Shown here: one piece after another, positions 28,408-37,462 of the stretch
Layout of the letters: every line of letters starts with the position of its first letter
Numbering within the stretch: position 1 is the first letter of the stretch
DNA from: Bacteroidales bacterium
Lineage (GTDB): Bacteria > Bacteroidota > Bacteroidia > Bacteroidales > UBA12077
Reading direction: 5' to 3'
Assembly: GCA_027859205.1 (NCBI GenBank)
Contig: JAQIBH010000183.1
Span: forward strand, 12,627 to 76,626
DNA length: 64,000 nt
Translations under genes and position numbers: made by a program
The notes under the pieces: generated by a model
The model's database searches: none
What the model was told of the DNA's origin: nothing
Seen by the model: the letters and a program-made list of their open reading frames with translations, nothing else

Positions 28408-29100
28408 TTATTTCTTAAAAGTTACAACAAAGCAATCTGGAAATTCTTTTGCGAGTTTCTTTTTTAGTTTATTTAAAATCGATTCGGAACTATAATTTCC
28501 CACAATAATTCGATATGCTTTTTGATTATTTATTGTTGCAATCTCAACAAAAACTTGTTCATTATACTTCTTCTTTAGTCTATTAACTAGCCTAAATACA
28601 TTCTCGTCATTTTTGTAACTGCCAATTTGAATTCCTTTTCCTGTAGGAAAAACAATATCAGCGTTTACTTCATAATATTCACTATTATTATTCTCTTTTA
28701 TTGTACTAGACTTTTTATCAGGAAGATCATCTGTTGATGCAATTAATTCTATTTTAACTTTAACAATACCCTTCTTAACAAAATCCAGTTCTTGTGCTAT
28801 GGATTTAGAAAGATCAATAATTCGATTATCGACAAATGGTCCTCGATCATTAATTCGCACTACCGCATATTTGTTGTTTTCCGTGTTTATTACTTTAACA
28901 ATACTTCCAAATGGCAATGTTCTGTGAGCCGCTGTTTTTTTCGCATGATAATAAATTTCACCGTTGGCAGTTTGTCTGCCCTCAAACTTATCTGCATAAA
29001 AACTTGCTAAACCAACTTTTTTATATGTCTGTTGAGCATTTAACTCAGATACAGATATCAATAAAAAAACACTGATTAATACAATAATTCTATTTCTCAT
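28408..29100 (-). CDS. rlpA: RlpA-family septal-ring lytic transglycosylase with a C-terminal SPOR domain
   Basis: Start re-called at MRNRIIVLISVFLLISVSELNAQ. Contains a DPBB domain (GLASFYADKFEGRQTANGE...VRINDRGPFVDNRIIDLS) and a C-terminal SPOR-like repeat (IQIGSYKNDENV...YRIIVGNY). Confidence 0.85.
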   Translation of the reverse strand: MRNRIIVLISVFLLISVSELNAQQTYKKVGLASFYADKFEGRQTANGEIYYHAKKTAAHRTLPFGSIVKVINTENNKYAVVRINDRGPFVDNRIIDLSKSIAQELDFVKKGIVKVKIELIASTDDLPDKKSSTIKENNNSEYYEVNADIVFPTGKGIQIGSYKNDENVFRLVNRLKKKYNEQVFVEIATINNQKAYRIIVGNYSSESILNKLKKKLAKEFPDCFVVTFKK

Positions 29101-29755
29101 TATCTCCTTTATTTGATTCTGCATCGATTTCCCAATATTTCTCTTCATCATTAATCTCTTCATCTTCTTCAATTTCCCAGGTATATATTCTTCGGGCCGG
29201 ACCTTTATCTTTATAATAAATAGCTAAAATAATTCCCGCTATTGCTCCCAATAAATGTGATTCCCAAGATATGTATGGTTGGATTGGCAAAACACCCCAA
29301 ATCATGCTGCCATATAAAAACACTACTAGCAATGATATTGCCATTAACTTCACATTTCTTCTTATTAGACCACTGACAAACAAAAATGCAGCAAAGCTGT
29401 AAACAAGTCCACTTGCCCCAATATGGTATGCCTGACGAGCACCCAACCATATCCAAATATTTGCAATAAAATAACTCAGAAAAAACACTTTATAAGCAAT
29501 CTTATTATAAAAATAAAAAAGACCTGTTCCCAAAACTAAAATTGGAATGCTATTCGCGATAAGATGTCCAAAATCTGAGTGAATTAATGGAGCTGTTAAA
29601 ATACCTGTTAATCCTTTTAATCTTAATGGGAATATGCCTAAAAATGCTAAATTCAAATCTAATAAAATCTCAGATATTTTAATTATCCAGATTACCAAAA
29701 CAAAGAATACTGGAAATATTAAGCTATATAAAAACCTTTTTTTCTCTTCTTTCAT
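29090..29755 (-). CDS. Rhomboid-family intramembrane serine protease
   Basis: Six TM helices, with the catalytic GASG motif (HIGASGLVYS) and a downstream His (ESHLLGAIAG). The stop overlaps the rlpA start by 11 nt. Confidence 0.85.
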   Translation of the reverse strand: MKEEKKRFLYSLIFPVFFVLVIWIIKISEILLDLNLAFLGIFPLRLKGLTGILTAPLIHSDFGHLIANSIPILVLGTGLFYFYNKIAYKVFFLSYFIANIWIWLGARQAYHIGASGLVYSFAAFLFVSGLIRRNVKLMAISLLVVFLYGSMIWGVLPIQPYISWESHLLGAIAGIILAIYYKDKGPARRIYTWEIEEDEEINDEEKYWEIDAESNKGDNEK

Positions 29756-29802
29756 AACATTGAACCTATTTAATTTATAAATATCATTATTTTTGCAGAA
29801 AT

Positions 29803-29833
29803 AAAAAACCCGATCAGATTTTTGATCGGGTTT
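29803..29833 (-). terminator. Rho-independent terminator of the C25 peptidase gene
   Basis: CCCGATCA / TGATCGGG forms a perfect 8-bp stem, extendable by A-T pairs, with a 6-nt loop. A T run follows on the minus strand, 19 nt after the stop at 29852. Confidence 0.75.
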
Positions 29834-29851
29834 AAAGCAATGTTATTAAAA

Positions 29852-32800
29852 CTATTTTGTAATTATTCTTTTACATAAAACTGCTCCGTTATCTGATTCA
29901 ACAGACAAAAAATAAATTCCTTTTGCTTTATTGCTTATGTCAATTTGTTCTTTTATTTCTTGAATGCCTTTTATGTTTTTGGTATAAACTATTGAACCAA
30001 TTACATCAAATACTTTTATCTGATAAGTACTGTTCTTCGATCCTAAAATTTCAAGATTAAACAAACCACTTGAAGGATTTGGGTAAATTTTTATATTATT
30101 TTCATTTATTGGAATAATTCCAGTGGTTGATGATAATATGGCATTAACCTCAAGGTCTGCATCAACAACATTCAAGGTGCTGTCATAGTCCCAAAAACCT
30201 TCTTTACTTAAAGTAAAACTTAAACCATCTCCCGGAGTGATTTCGGCAAAAACAGCTTCACCATTTGTGTCTGTATATTTGCTTTCACTATTGAATTCAA
30301 CCAATACATTATCAATAAAGCTTGAAGAAGCATCCGTTACAATAAAGTTTACACTAAATGTTAACAACATATTTATTTCAACGGTTTTATCAGCATCAAC
30401 ATTAACGGTTCCATTAACTTCATCATAACCGATTTTTGATATTATATATGGTTTATTTAATGAATAAGTTACATTAAAAACATATTCTCCATTTGCATCT
30501 GATGTTCCACTTTTACCATCAAAACTAATTATTGCTCCTTCAATAGGGTTAGATCCATCTTCATCATATAAATTAAAACTAACATCATATTTGGAAACTT
30601 CTAAAACAAATTCCTCTGACGTATCTTCAAAGAAATTAATCTGGTTTTCAAAATCATCGTAACCCAATGCATGTATAGTTAATGGATAATTAATTCCTTC
30701 AGGAATATTATAAAAGTTCACTATACCACTTACATCTGCTATTTCAGTTCTGCCACTAAACTCAACAATTGCCCCTTCTATAGGATTTCCTCCAATATCA
30801 GAAACCGTTACTTGGTTATCGTAAACCACAACACTTCTGATTTCTGCTTCCCAACCAGATAAATATTCAGAATTATCCGATGTAAACACAAAGGTTAGAG
30901 CTCCTGCTTCATTAGTTGCAACAATATCATTCGGCGCACTTAACCCTGAATAACTTCCAATTAATTCTGCCCCTGTATTTTCCCCATCGTATATTTTCAA
31001 ATAATCGTAACCAGACTCAAGACTAAAGGATAAAAATTTCACCATTAAATATTCGTCAGCGCCATCAGGATTTAATGTTATCGTATCGTTTTCATAATTT
31101 GAATAACTACCACTACTTCCTCCCGAATCATAAAAATATGCCCGTGAAGAAATGACCGTATCCTCATCAGTGATTAGAATTTCTGGTATTTCGCCAATAC
31201 TAAACTCTCTACTTACAGATTTTGAATAATAACCATAGGATACATCGTCAATATCAAATGACAAATAAACAATAGTTCCAAGCAGTGTTTCATTATTTGC
31301 TATAGCATTAAATTTTATCGTATCTGTTTTTTGAGCATCTAAACTAAAGCTCCCTGTTTCTGTATTGTTTAATGTTAAATAGCTTTCTCCACCTCCCAAA
31401 ATAGTCGCTAAGCCATTTAAATTAGTAATAGTTGCGTTACCACTATTCGTAACAACTAAAAAAATATCTGCGGTTTCTCCAGGATCTAAAATTCCATTGG
31501 TATTACCCGCTTCATCATCTATAAAAACATCTCCTATTTTAATTTCCGGAGCATTTACTATAAGATTTATTTTCCAATTCCAATTGTATTCAACACTGCC
31601 AGCATCTTCTCCTACAATTTCTAAATCGAAACTAACTATTTGTTGATCTGAAAATATATTTTTAAAATCTACAGTAAAAGACATTTCATTAAAGGCAGAA
31701 TCTGATTTTAAAATTGTTCCGAACTCTTGCGTGGAATTTGAAATAATAATATTCGTATCTATTGAACTCAAGTTAGCTATAACGTTGTATGCATCGAAGA
31801 TATCCGATAAATTTTTTAACTGGATATCCAGTTTTATTGTTTCGCTAAAATCAACTTCAGAATTATTATTTTCTAATGCGTCATCAATTAAATAATAATC
31901 TAAAACAACATACGGAGTTGTTGCAGACACAATATTTATTTCATCTATTATTGGCTGACGATTTTGCTTTGTAATAACAATATCAAGTATTCCTCCTTCC
32001 AATAAAGGATCAAAAGATAAATCAACCATGCCAGATGCATCAACCAGTTTGACATCAAGCAATACTCCTTCTTTAGAGATTGCTACATAGGCATCTTCTT
32101 CGGCTAAAACCAGAAAACTAGAAGACCCGGTGATAATATCAGAATTATACGTTGCAATTAGCGCCTCTGGTTCAGTGACATATGGAGTTAATGAAGGATC
32201 TCCCATTAAATGATAAATCTCCCAATAATATGCTTTGCGAGAAGATGCAGAGGCTTCCACAGCCAGGTTTCCAGCTACGTTAATTTGACCTTGAGTAACA
32301 TACCAGTCTTGCTTTGCCTCTCCATTTAAATGAAAGAATCTATCGTATGCACCGCGTCCACTTTCTTCGTATGTAGGATTTGCAGAAATACCGGCTAAGC
32401 CAACTCCCCAGAAATAATCCTCATCCCAATAAGTATTGTTTGACCCACCAATATACCCAACTGCACCTTTTCCTATAGCCCTTAATAAAGTTTCACCAAA
32501 ACAAGAAGCATCATTAAATTTATTAGACAAACAACAATTACCAATCATTAAAGGATACATATGCTCATTTGTCATTAAATCTACATGAGTATTAACAAAA
32601 TTAGGGTCACCCCAACCACCAGAGCTACAATGAGCTGTATAATTAGCTATTGAAACTCCTGCTGATATATCATTTCTTATCTGAAGATCAGAGCTTCCTG
32701 ATTCGGGATATAAATAACTTTTTGCAGTTATACCATTATCACTATTTATGTAATACGTAGCTGCATAATTCACAAATCCATTACCATATGTCGGAGCAAA

Positions 32801-33979
32801 TGTGCCATCCACTCCCGCTATAATTACAACATTATCTAAATAAGAAGGGTCTGGCATTTCATATTTTTCCAGCTCTAGCGTTTTATCAATTTGAGGCTGA
32901 AGTTCAGCTATTGATTCTGCTGAAAATCTACCATAAAAAACCTCAGGTAATTTGTTGCCGGTATATTCACAATAGTATAAATCTGTTACATGTCCACCGG
33001 CAGTCCCACTGAACGCAGGAATTTGTGCAACATCGCCAACCAACAAAACAAAGGTTGGCGAAACACCATCATCTGGATTATCATACAAATCTTGTAAATA
33101 TGCTTTTATGGTAGTTGTTGTGTTTCCAACATTAGAGTCATCGGTATATGCTTCTACAACATTAAAACCTTTCATTGTTTTCCATTCAACAAAGGTTTGT
33201 AGAGTTTCTTCAAACATTCTATCAGAAACAATAACATATTTTACCGGACCACTTATCAATGCTTTTGATTCACTGACGTTATTTATTGTATTTAATGAAA
33301 CATTCTCAAAGTAAGGTGATTTTAGATTTTTGTAATTAATTGATTTTGCACTTACATCATCAACAAAACTTACTTCTACTTCTATATTATTGAGTATTTT
33401 TAAGGTGTTTTCTACAGGATTATATTCAAACGGAGAAATCTCTATATAACCAAGGTGTTTGTTTCTAAGGAATCCTCTATCTTCAAATTTTATAATATCA
33501 TTTTTAAAGAATTCGTTTCTTCCATAAATATCTTTGTTTTTATAAAATGGGACTTTTTCTGGATCCTCGCTTTTTGAAAGTGATGGTTGTGCCGGAATAA
33601 TTTCATTTAATAAGTGGTAGTCATCTAGTTTTATAATTTCTTCATCAAAGCTCAAAACCTTTACAACAGGCTTGGTATTATGAGGAATTTCAATTAATCG
33701 ACTTATCAATGGTAAATTAGGCTTTCCCTTGTCGAAACTCTTGGTTAATGTTTCCGAACTAAGCTCAATAAAAGTTCCTTCTTTTGTTTCTTTCTCAACC
33801 AATTCAATAGTTCTAATTGTTTCAGATATCAAAATGCCATTTGAAATATCTTGTACTATTTCGAGGTTTTTTAATGTTTGTTTTGAAGTATTTAAATCAA
33901 TTGTAATTTTTTTCTGCGAAAATACAGATATTGATATTAGAGTAAATAGTAAAATACAAGCCGTACGTTTAATCATCAC
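29852..33979 (-). CDS. Gingipain-like cysteine peptidase (family C25) with a CUB-like domain, three CarboxypepD_reg-like domains and a T9SS type-A C-terminal domain
   Basis: Signal peptide, then a gingipain-like segment (FVEWKTMKGFNVVEAYTDD..GNTTTTIKAYL...FVLLVGDVAQIPAF). Candidate catalytic His (NYTAHCSSGGW) and Cys (IGNCCLSNKF). CUB-like motif (YDYLKIYDGENTGAELIGSYSG...FTSDNSEYLSGWEAEI). Three ~75-aa modules with G(N/S)PIEGA(I/V) motifs. C-terminal domain IKIYPNPSSGLFNLEI...GIYFLSVESDNG. Confidence 0.85.
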   Translation of the reverse strand: MMIKRTACILLFTLISISVFSQKKITIDLNTSKQTLKNLEIVQDISNGILISETIRTIELVEKETKEGTFIELSSETLTKSFDKGKPNLPLISRLIEIPHNTKPVVKVLSFDEEIIKLDDYHLLNEIIPAQPSLSKSEDPEKVPFYKNKDIYGRNEFFKNDIIKFEDRGFLRNKHLGYIEISPFEYNPVENTLKILNNIEVEVSFVDDVSAKSINYKNLKSPYFENVSLNTINNVSESKALISGPVKYVIVSDRMFEETLQTFVEWKTMKGFNVVEAYTDDSNVGNTTTTIKAYLQDLYDNPDDGVSPTFVLLVGDVAQIPAFSGTAGGHVTDLYYCEYTGNKLPEVFYGRFSAESIAELQPQIDKTLELEKYEMPDPSYLDNVVIIAGVDGTFAPTYGNGFVNYAATYYINSDNGITAKSYLYPESGSSDLQIRNDISAGVSIANYTAHCSSGGWGDPNFVNTHVDLMTNEHMYPLMIGNCCLSNKFNDASCFGETLLRAIGKGAVGYIGGSNNTYWDEDYFWGVGLAGISANPTYEESGRGAYDRFFHLNGEAKQDWYVTQGQINVAGNLAVEASASSRKAYYWEIYHLMGDPSLTPYVTEPEALIATYNSDIITGSSSFLVLAEEDAYVAISKEGVLLDVKLVDASGMVDLSFDPLLEGGILDIVITKQNRQPIIDEINIVSATTPYVVLDYYLIDDALENNNSEVDFSETIKLDIQLKNLSDIFDAYNVIANLSSIDTNIIISNSTQEFGTILKSDSAFNEMSFTVDFKNIFSDQQIVSFDLEIVGEDAGSVEYNWNWKINLIVNAPEIKIGDVFIDDEAGNTNGILDPGETADIFLVVTNSGNATITNLNGLATILGGGESYLTLNNTETGSFSLDAQKTDTIKFNAIANNETLLGTIVYLSFDIDDVSYGYYSKSVSREFSIGEIPEILITDEDTVISSRAYFYDSGGSSGSYSNYENDTITLNPDGADEYLMVKFLSFSLESGYDYLKIYDGENTGAELIGSYSGLSAPNDIVATNEAGALTFVFTSDNSEYLSGWEAEIRSVVVYDNQVTVSDIGGNPIEGAIVEFSGRTEIADVSGIVNFYNIPEGINYPLTIHALGYDDFENQINFFEDTSEEFVLEVSKYDVSFNLYDEDGSNPIEGAIISFDGKSGTSDANGEYVFNVTYSLNKPYIISKIGYDEVNGTVNVDADKTVEINMLLTFSVNFIVTDASSSFIDNVLVEFNSESKYTDTNGEAVFAEITPGDGLSFTLSKEGFWDYDSTLNVVDADLEVNAILSSTTGIIPINENNIKIYPNPSSGLFNLEILGSKNSTYQIKVFDVIGSIVYTKNIKGIQEIKEQIDISNKAKGIYFLSVESDNGAVLCKRIITK

Positions 33980-34098
33980 GTAGTGTTTTTATACAAATAA
34001 GTTAATAAATTCGAGTGCGACAAGGTATTATATTTCTACGAAAAAGAAAACGTTTTTGTTCCCTTTTTGTTCGAAAACCTAATTTTAAGTGAAGTGTT

Positions 34099-34413
34099 TT
34101 ACTTATTTACTTTCCCAATTTTTGATTCTATTGAGTCAATTTTTTTATTTAAGCAATCCGATTTCCCTTTTCTTATATCCAATTTAATACTTGAATAAAC
34201 CCTGTTTGAGAAAGGCTCAAGAACTTGATATGATTTATTTATCAAATCTAGGGCTTCTTCAAGAGTTTCCGTTTCAATTATTGTGCCCATTGCGGTTAAC
34301 TTGTATGTTACTCCGCTTTTATTAATCATATCAATTATTTTACTAACAGATTCGCTGGCGCTATCACCCTTTTTATCGGTTGGAAACATTGCAAATTCAA
34401 GAAGTACTGACAT
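34099..34413 (-). CDS. MTH1187/YkoF-family (UPF0045) thiamine-binding-like protein
   Basis: 104 aa; the pattern MSVLLEFAMFPTDKKGDSASESVSKIIDMINKSGVTYKLTAMGTIIE is typical of the MTH1187 family. Confidence 0.75.
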   Translation of the reverse strand: MSVLLEFAMFPTDKKGDSASESVSKIIDMINKSGVTYKLTAMGTIIETETLEEALDLINKSYQVLEPFSNRVYSSIKLDIRKGKSDCLNKKIDSIESKIGKVNK

Positions 34414-34420
34414 AATAGTA

Positions 34421-36235
34421 TTATTTATTCACATTAAAATTTATTTCAATATCCCAATTAGACCTTACAGTTATTTTATCTTCGTGGTATAATACTTCTT
34501 CCGGTGAAAGGTGTTTTAGATATTCCCCCGTATCCCATTTTTTATTGAAATTTTTATCAATAATTATTTTGAATATAAATTCTTTAGGTGGCAAAAAATC
34601 GTATTCTATAATTTGATCTGACTTAATAATTTTATACCTATAAATTAACTCTTCCTCTTTCCCGGGTAAAATAAGCTGGCATATTACTTGAAACGATGAA
34701 TCAATTCCGGTAATATCGGCCAGGATTTTCCCGTAAAAATCAAGCTTCTGAGTCTTAAATTCTAATATACTCGTATCGTTTACGGTTTCATATATGTCGA
34801 CGAAAGCATCCGGATAGATTTTAAGCTTATATATAGCATCTTCACACCAGTCAACCGCCATAAAATATTTCCTTAATTTTATGCTGTCCTTTAAAATATT
34901 ATAATTTACAGGAATATCTAAACTATCAACAATCGAAAATAATTCAATTTTTGATGTATCTAAATTTTGTAAAGGAGTTTCAAATTCAAAATTTAATTTG
35001 CTATTTAAGTCCACAGTACCTCTACTTTTAATATTTAAATTATACTTTAAACTAGTATCGGCCTCCTCTTGATTCTTTTTATTTTCTTTTTGATTTTGTG
35101 CTTTCTCAAAATACCTCAAATTTAACGTATCGGTATTCCATTGATACACCAAATTTGAATCTTCTTTTTGATATGTAAGTAAAAAAGTTATTGTTTCTTT
35201 ATTATAAATTGTACTGTCGCTCAACCAATATATTAAAGAATCCTCGTTAATTCCTGTTTCTTTTATATACCAATCATTTTTAATTATAGTATCAGCAATA
35301 CTCAAAATAACACTATCCTTAATTGGCTGATTAAACATTATTTCTACTTTTTGTTTTGTATCTCTTGTGTTATTGGCTAAATATTGAACTTCACCATCTT
35401 CGGCAAACAATTTTAAAATGTAGTTATTAACCTTAAAATAAGTGTCCGACTTAATAATTATTGAATCAATTTCAAGTATTTCTTCTGATTTAAGGTTAAT
35501 GCTTGAATCTGATTTAAACACTGTGTCGATTGAAGTTTCAGTTATTAAATCAAATACCACAAGAGAGTCAATAAAAGCAATGTTTTCATCAACAATATCA
35601 AATAAGTAATTCTTATTAAAGTCTCTCAAACAAAATAGTTTGAATTGGTCGTTTTTAATATTATTAATTTTAAAAAAACCTTCTTTATTTGTTTTGGATA
35701 TGTAAATAGGAATCTCTTTTATTGGAATTGAATCTTCATGATCAGTATAAAGCATAACAAAAACTCCTTCTTCGGGCAATAAATTAAAGGAATTTAAAAC
35801 TTGTCCCTGTATTGATAAAGAATCTATAAACGAACCTGTAGATAAAACATATTGAAAATTCTCAATTGGATTTCCTTCGTTGTAATCTCTCACAGAATTA
35901 CCAAAATAAATATTATAAGTTGTAGAATCTTTTAACTCTTCCTCAAAATTAATGTGCAGTGTTTTTCCTTTAATTTTTATTTCTGGATTTTCTTCAACAG
36001 GAGGCGATATTATTAAATTATTATTCAATTCCAATAACTGAATATATTCATCAAAACTTATGCTTATATTTTTACTATCGAAATTTATTGAATAATCTGG
36101 AGGTTCTATTTCAACAATGAGTGGATGTTGCTCATCCTTGGGCCCTCCTGTGGGCGTTACCATTTTTGCACAAGCCCCAAGGATTATAACAAGGAGTGAA
36201 TATAAAATAACCTTTTGAATGCTTCTGATCTTCAT
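34421..36235 (-). CDS. Lipoprotein, probably with an N-terminal Ig-like (SbsA/Big_5-type) domain; function unknown
   Basis: Lipobox LLVIILGAC. After it, MVTPTGGPKDEQHPLIVEIEPPDYSINF resembles the start of Ig-like lipoprotein domains. The rest has no motif I recognise. Confidence 0.5.
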   Translation of the reverse strand: MKIRSIQKVILYSLLVIILGACAKMVTPTGGPKDEQHPLIVEIEPPDYSINFDSKNISISFDEYIQLLELNNNLIISPPVEENPEIKIKGKTLHINFEEELKDSTTYNIYFGNSVRDYNEGNPIENFQYVLSTGSFIDSLSIQGQVLNSFNLLPEEGVFVMLYTDHEDSIPIKEIPIYISKTNKEGFFKINNIKNDQFKLFCLRDFNKNYLFDIVDENIAFIDSLVVFDLITETSIDTVFKSDSSINLKSEEILEIDSIIIKSDTYFKVNNYILKLFAEDGEVQYLANNTRDTKQKVEIMFNQPIKDSVILSIADTIIKNDWYIKETGINEDSLIYWLSDSTIYNKETITFLLTYQKEDSNLVYQWNTDTLNLRYFEKAQNQKENKKNQEEADTSLKYNLNIKSRGTVDLNSKLNFEFETPLQNLDTSKIELFSIVDSLDIPVNYNILKDSIKLRKYFMAVDWCEDAIYKLKIYPDAFVDIYETVNDTSILEFKTQKLDFYGKILADITGIDSSFQVICQLILPGKEEELIYRYKIIKSDQIIEYDFLPPKEFIFKIIIDKNFNKKWDTGEYLKHLSPEEVLYHEDKITVRSNWDIEINFNVNK

Positions 36236-36257
36236 GATTTTTCAAAATTACAACTTA

Positions 36258-36265
36258 CAAACTTA
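36258..36265 (-). promoter_or_regulatory. Candidate -7 promoter box (TAAGTTTG) for the lipoprotein/MTH1187 operon
   Basis: Matches TAnnTTTG on the minus strand, 23 nt upstream of the ATG at 36235. A second match (TAATTTTG, 36243-36250) lies closer. Confidence 0.3.
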
Positions 36266-36509
36266 AAAAGTTTATTTTAACAAATAGTGATAGTGACATT
36301 TTTAATATATTAATCAATTCAAAAAAATTAAAGTTTTAATTAGCTATTTATTTAATTTTCTAACCGTCTATTACATAAATCAGTATATTCTATTGAATGT
36401 AAAATATATTTCAGCAGAAAGTTAAGAATCTTTATTTACTATAATTATTGATTTAACATTATATAACATAATACTAAATTCAGCATCTTATATCAAATAA
36501 AAAAATTCA

Positions 36510-36517
36510 TACATTTG
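36510..36517 (+). promoter_or_regulatory. Candidate -7 promoter box (TACATTTG) for lgt
   Basis: Matches TAnnTTTG 35 nt upstream of the ATG at 36552. Confidence 0.35.
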
Positions 36518-36518
36518 T

Positions 36519-36551
36519 AAAATAAATAAAAATAAATAAAAATAAATAAAA
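36519..36551 (+). repeat. Short tandem repeat (AATAAATAAA) x3 abutting the lgt start codon
   Basis: Three exact 10-nt units at 36521-36550, flanked by partial units and ending directly at the ATG at 36552. Confidence 0.7.
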
Positions 36552-37349
36552 ATGCCAATAAACTATATTAACTGGGACATTAATCCTGAAATTGTAGGCT
36601 TTTGGGGATTATCAATAAGATATTATGGACTACTATTTGCCTCATCATTCTTTTTTGGATATTTAATTCTGCAAAAAATATTTAAGCAAGAAGGATTATC
36701 GATAGAGTTATTAGATAAATTAACTGTTTATATGGCAGTTGGAACAATATTAGGTGCGCGTTTAGGTCATTGTTTATTTTATCAGCCAGATTATTATTTG
36801 AGTAATCCCTTGGAAATTCTTAAAATATGGCGTGGCGGTTTAGCAAGTCATGGTGCTGCTATTGGCATTCTTATATCGCTTTTCTATTTCTCAAAAAAGA
36901 ATAAAAAACCATATTTATGGACCCTCGATAGAATAGTAATAGTAGTTGCGCTTGCGGGTTTCTTTATTCGAATGGGTAATTTAATGAATTCAGAAATTTA
37001 TGGCATTCCAACAGAACTCCCTTGGGGTTTTATTTTTGTTCGTAATGGAGAACTTCTTCCTAAGCATCCCACCCAAATATATGAAGCTCTCTCATATCTG
37101 TTAATTTTTGTTTTGCTATTTTCCATTTATTATAAAAAAGGAGTGCAAGTTAAGCAAGGATTACTTTTCAGTATATTCCTTATTCTTCTTTTCACAGTAA
37201 GATTTTTCATTGAGTTTATTAAAGAAGATCAAGTAGGATTTGAACAAGGGATGTCATTAAATATGGGACAATGGTTAAGTATACCATTTGTGCTCATTGG
37301 ATTTCTTCTTTTATTTAAAAGTTTTAAACAAAAATCGCCCGCAAAATAA
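36552..37349 (+). CDS. lgt: Prolipoprotein diacylglyceryl transferase
   Basis: Multi-TM protein with the conserved Lgt motifs YYGLLFASSFFFGY, GARLGHCLFY, IWRGGLASHGAAIG and HPTQIYEAL. Confidence 0.92.
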   Translation: MPINYINWDINPEIVGFWGLSIRYYGLLFASSFFFGYLILQKIFKQEGLSIELLDKLTVYMAVGTILGARLGHCLFYQPDYYLSNPLEILKIWRGGLASHGAAIGILISLFYFSKKNKKPYLWTLDRIVIVVALAGFFIRMGNLMNSEIYGIPTELPWGFIFVRNGELLPKHPTQIYEALSYLLIFVLLFSIYYKKGVQVKQGLLFSIFLILLFTVRFFIEFIKEDQVGFEQGMSLNMGQWLSIPFVLIGFLLLFKSFKQKSPAK

Positions 37350-37462
37350 GACTTCTAGGTCCTTTTCTATTGTTGAACAATATTGAGTTTAGATTGTGAT
37401 TAAGTATTCTTTTAGACAAAAAAATGTCTTAAATTTAGAATTCTAAAATAATTTAATAGCTC

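Noticed and set aside
29852-33979. The C25 peptidase might be the T9SS sortase PorU.
   Set aside because: The catalytic region resembles gingipain-type sequence (WK..KGF.V...YTD...G.T...IK.....Y) rather than the PorU pattern. No porV gene is adjacent. The accessory CUB-like and CarboxypepD_reg-like modules are typical of cargo proteases. This cannot be fully excluded without HMM scoring.
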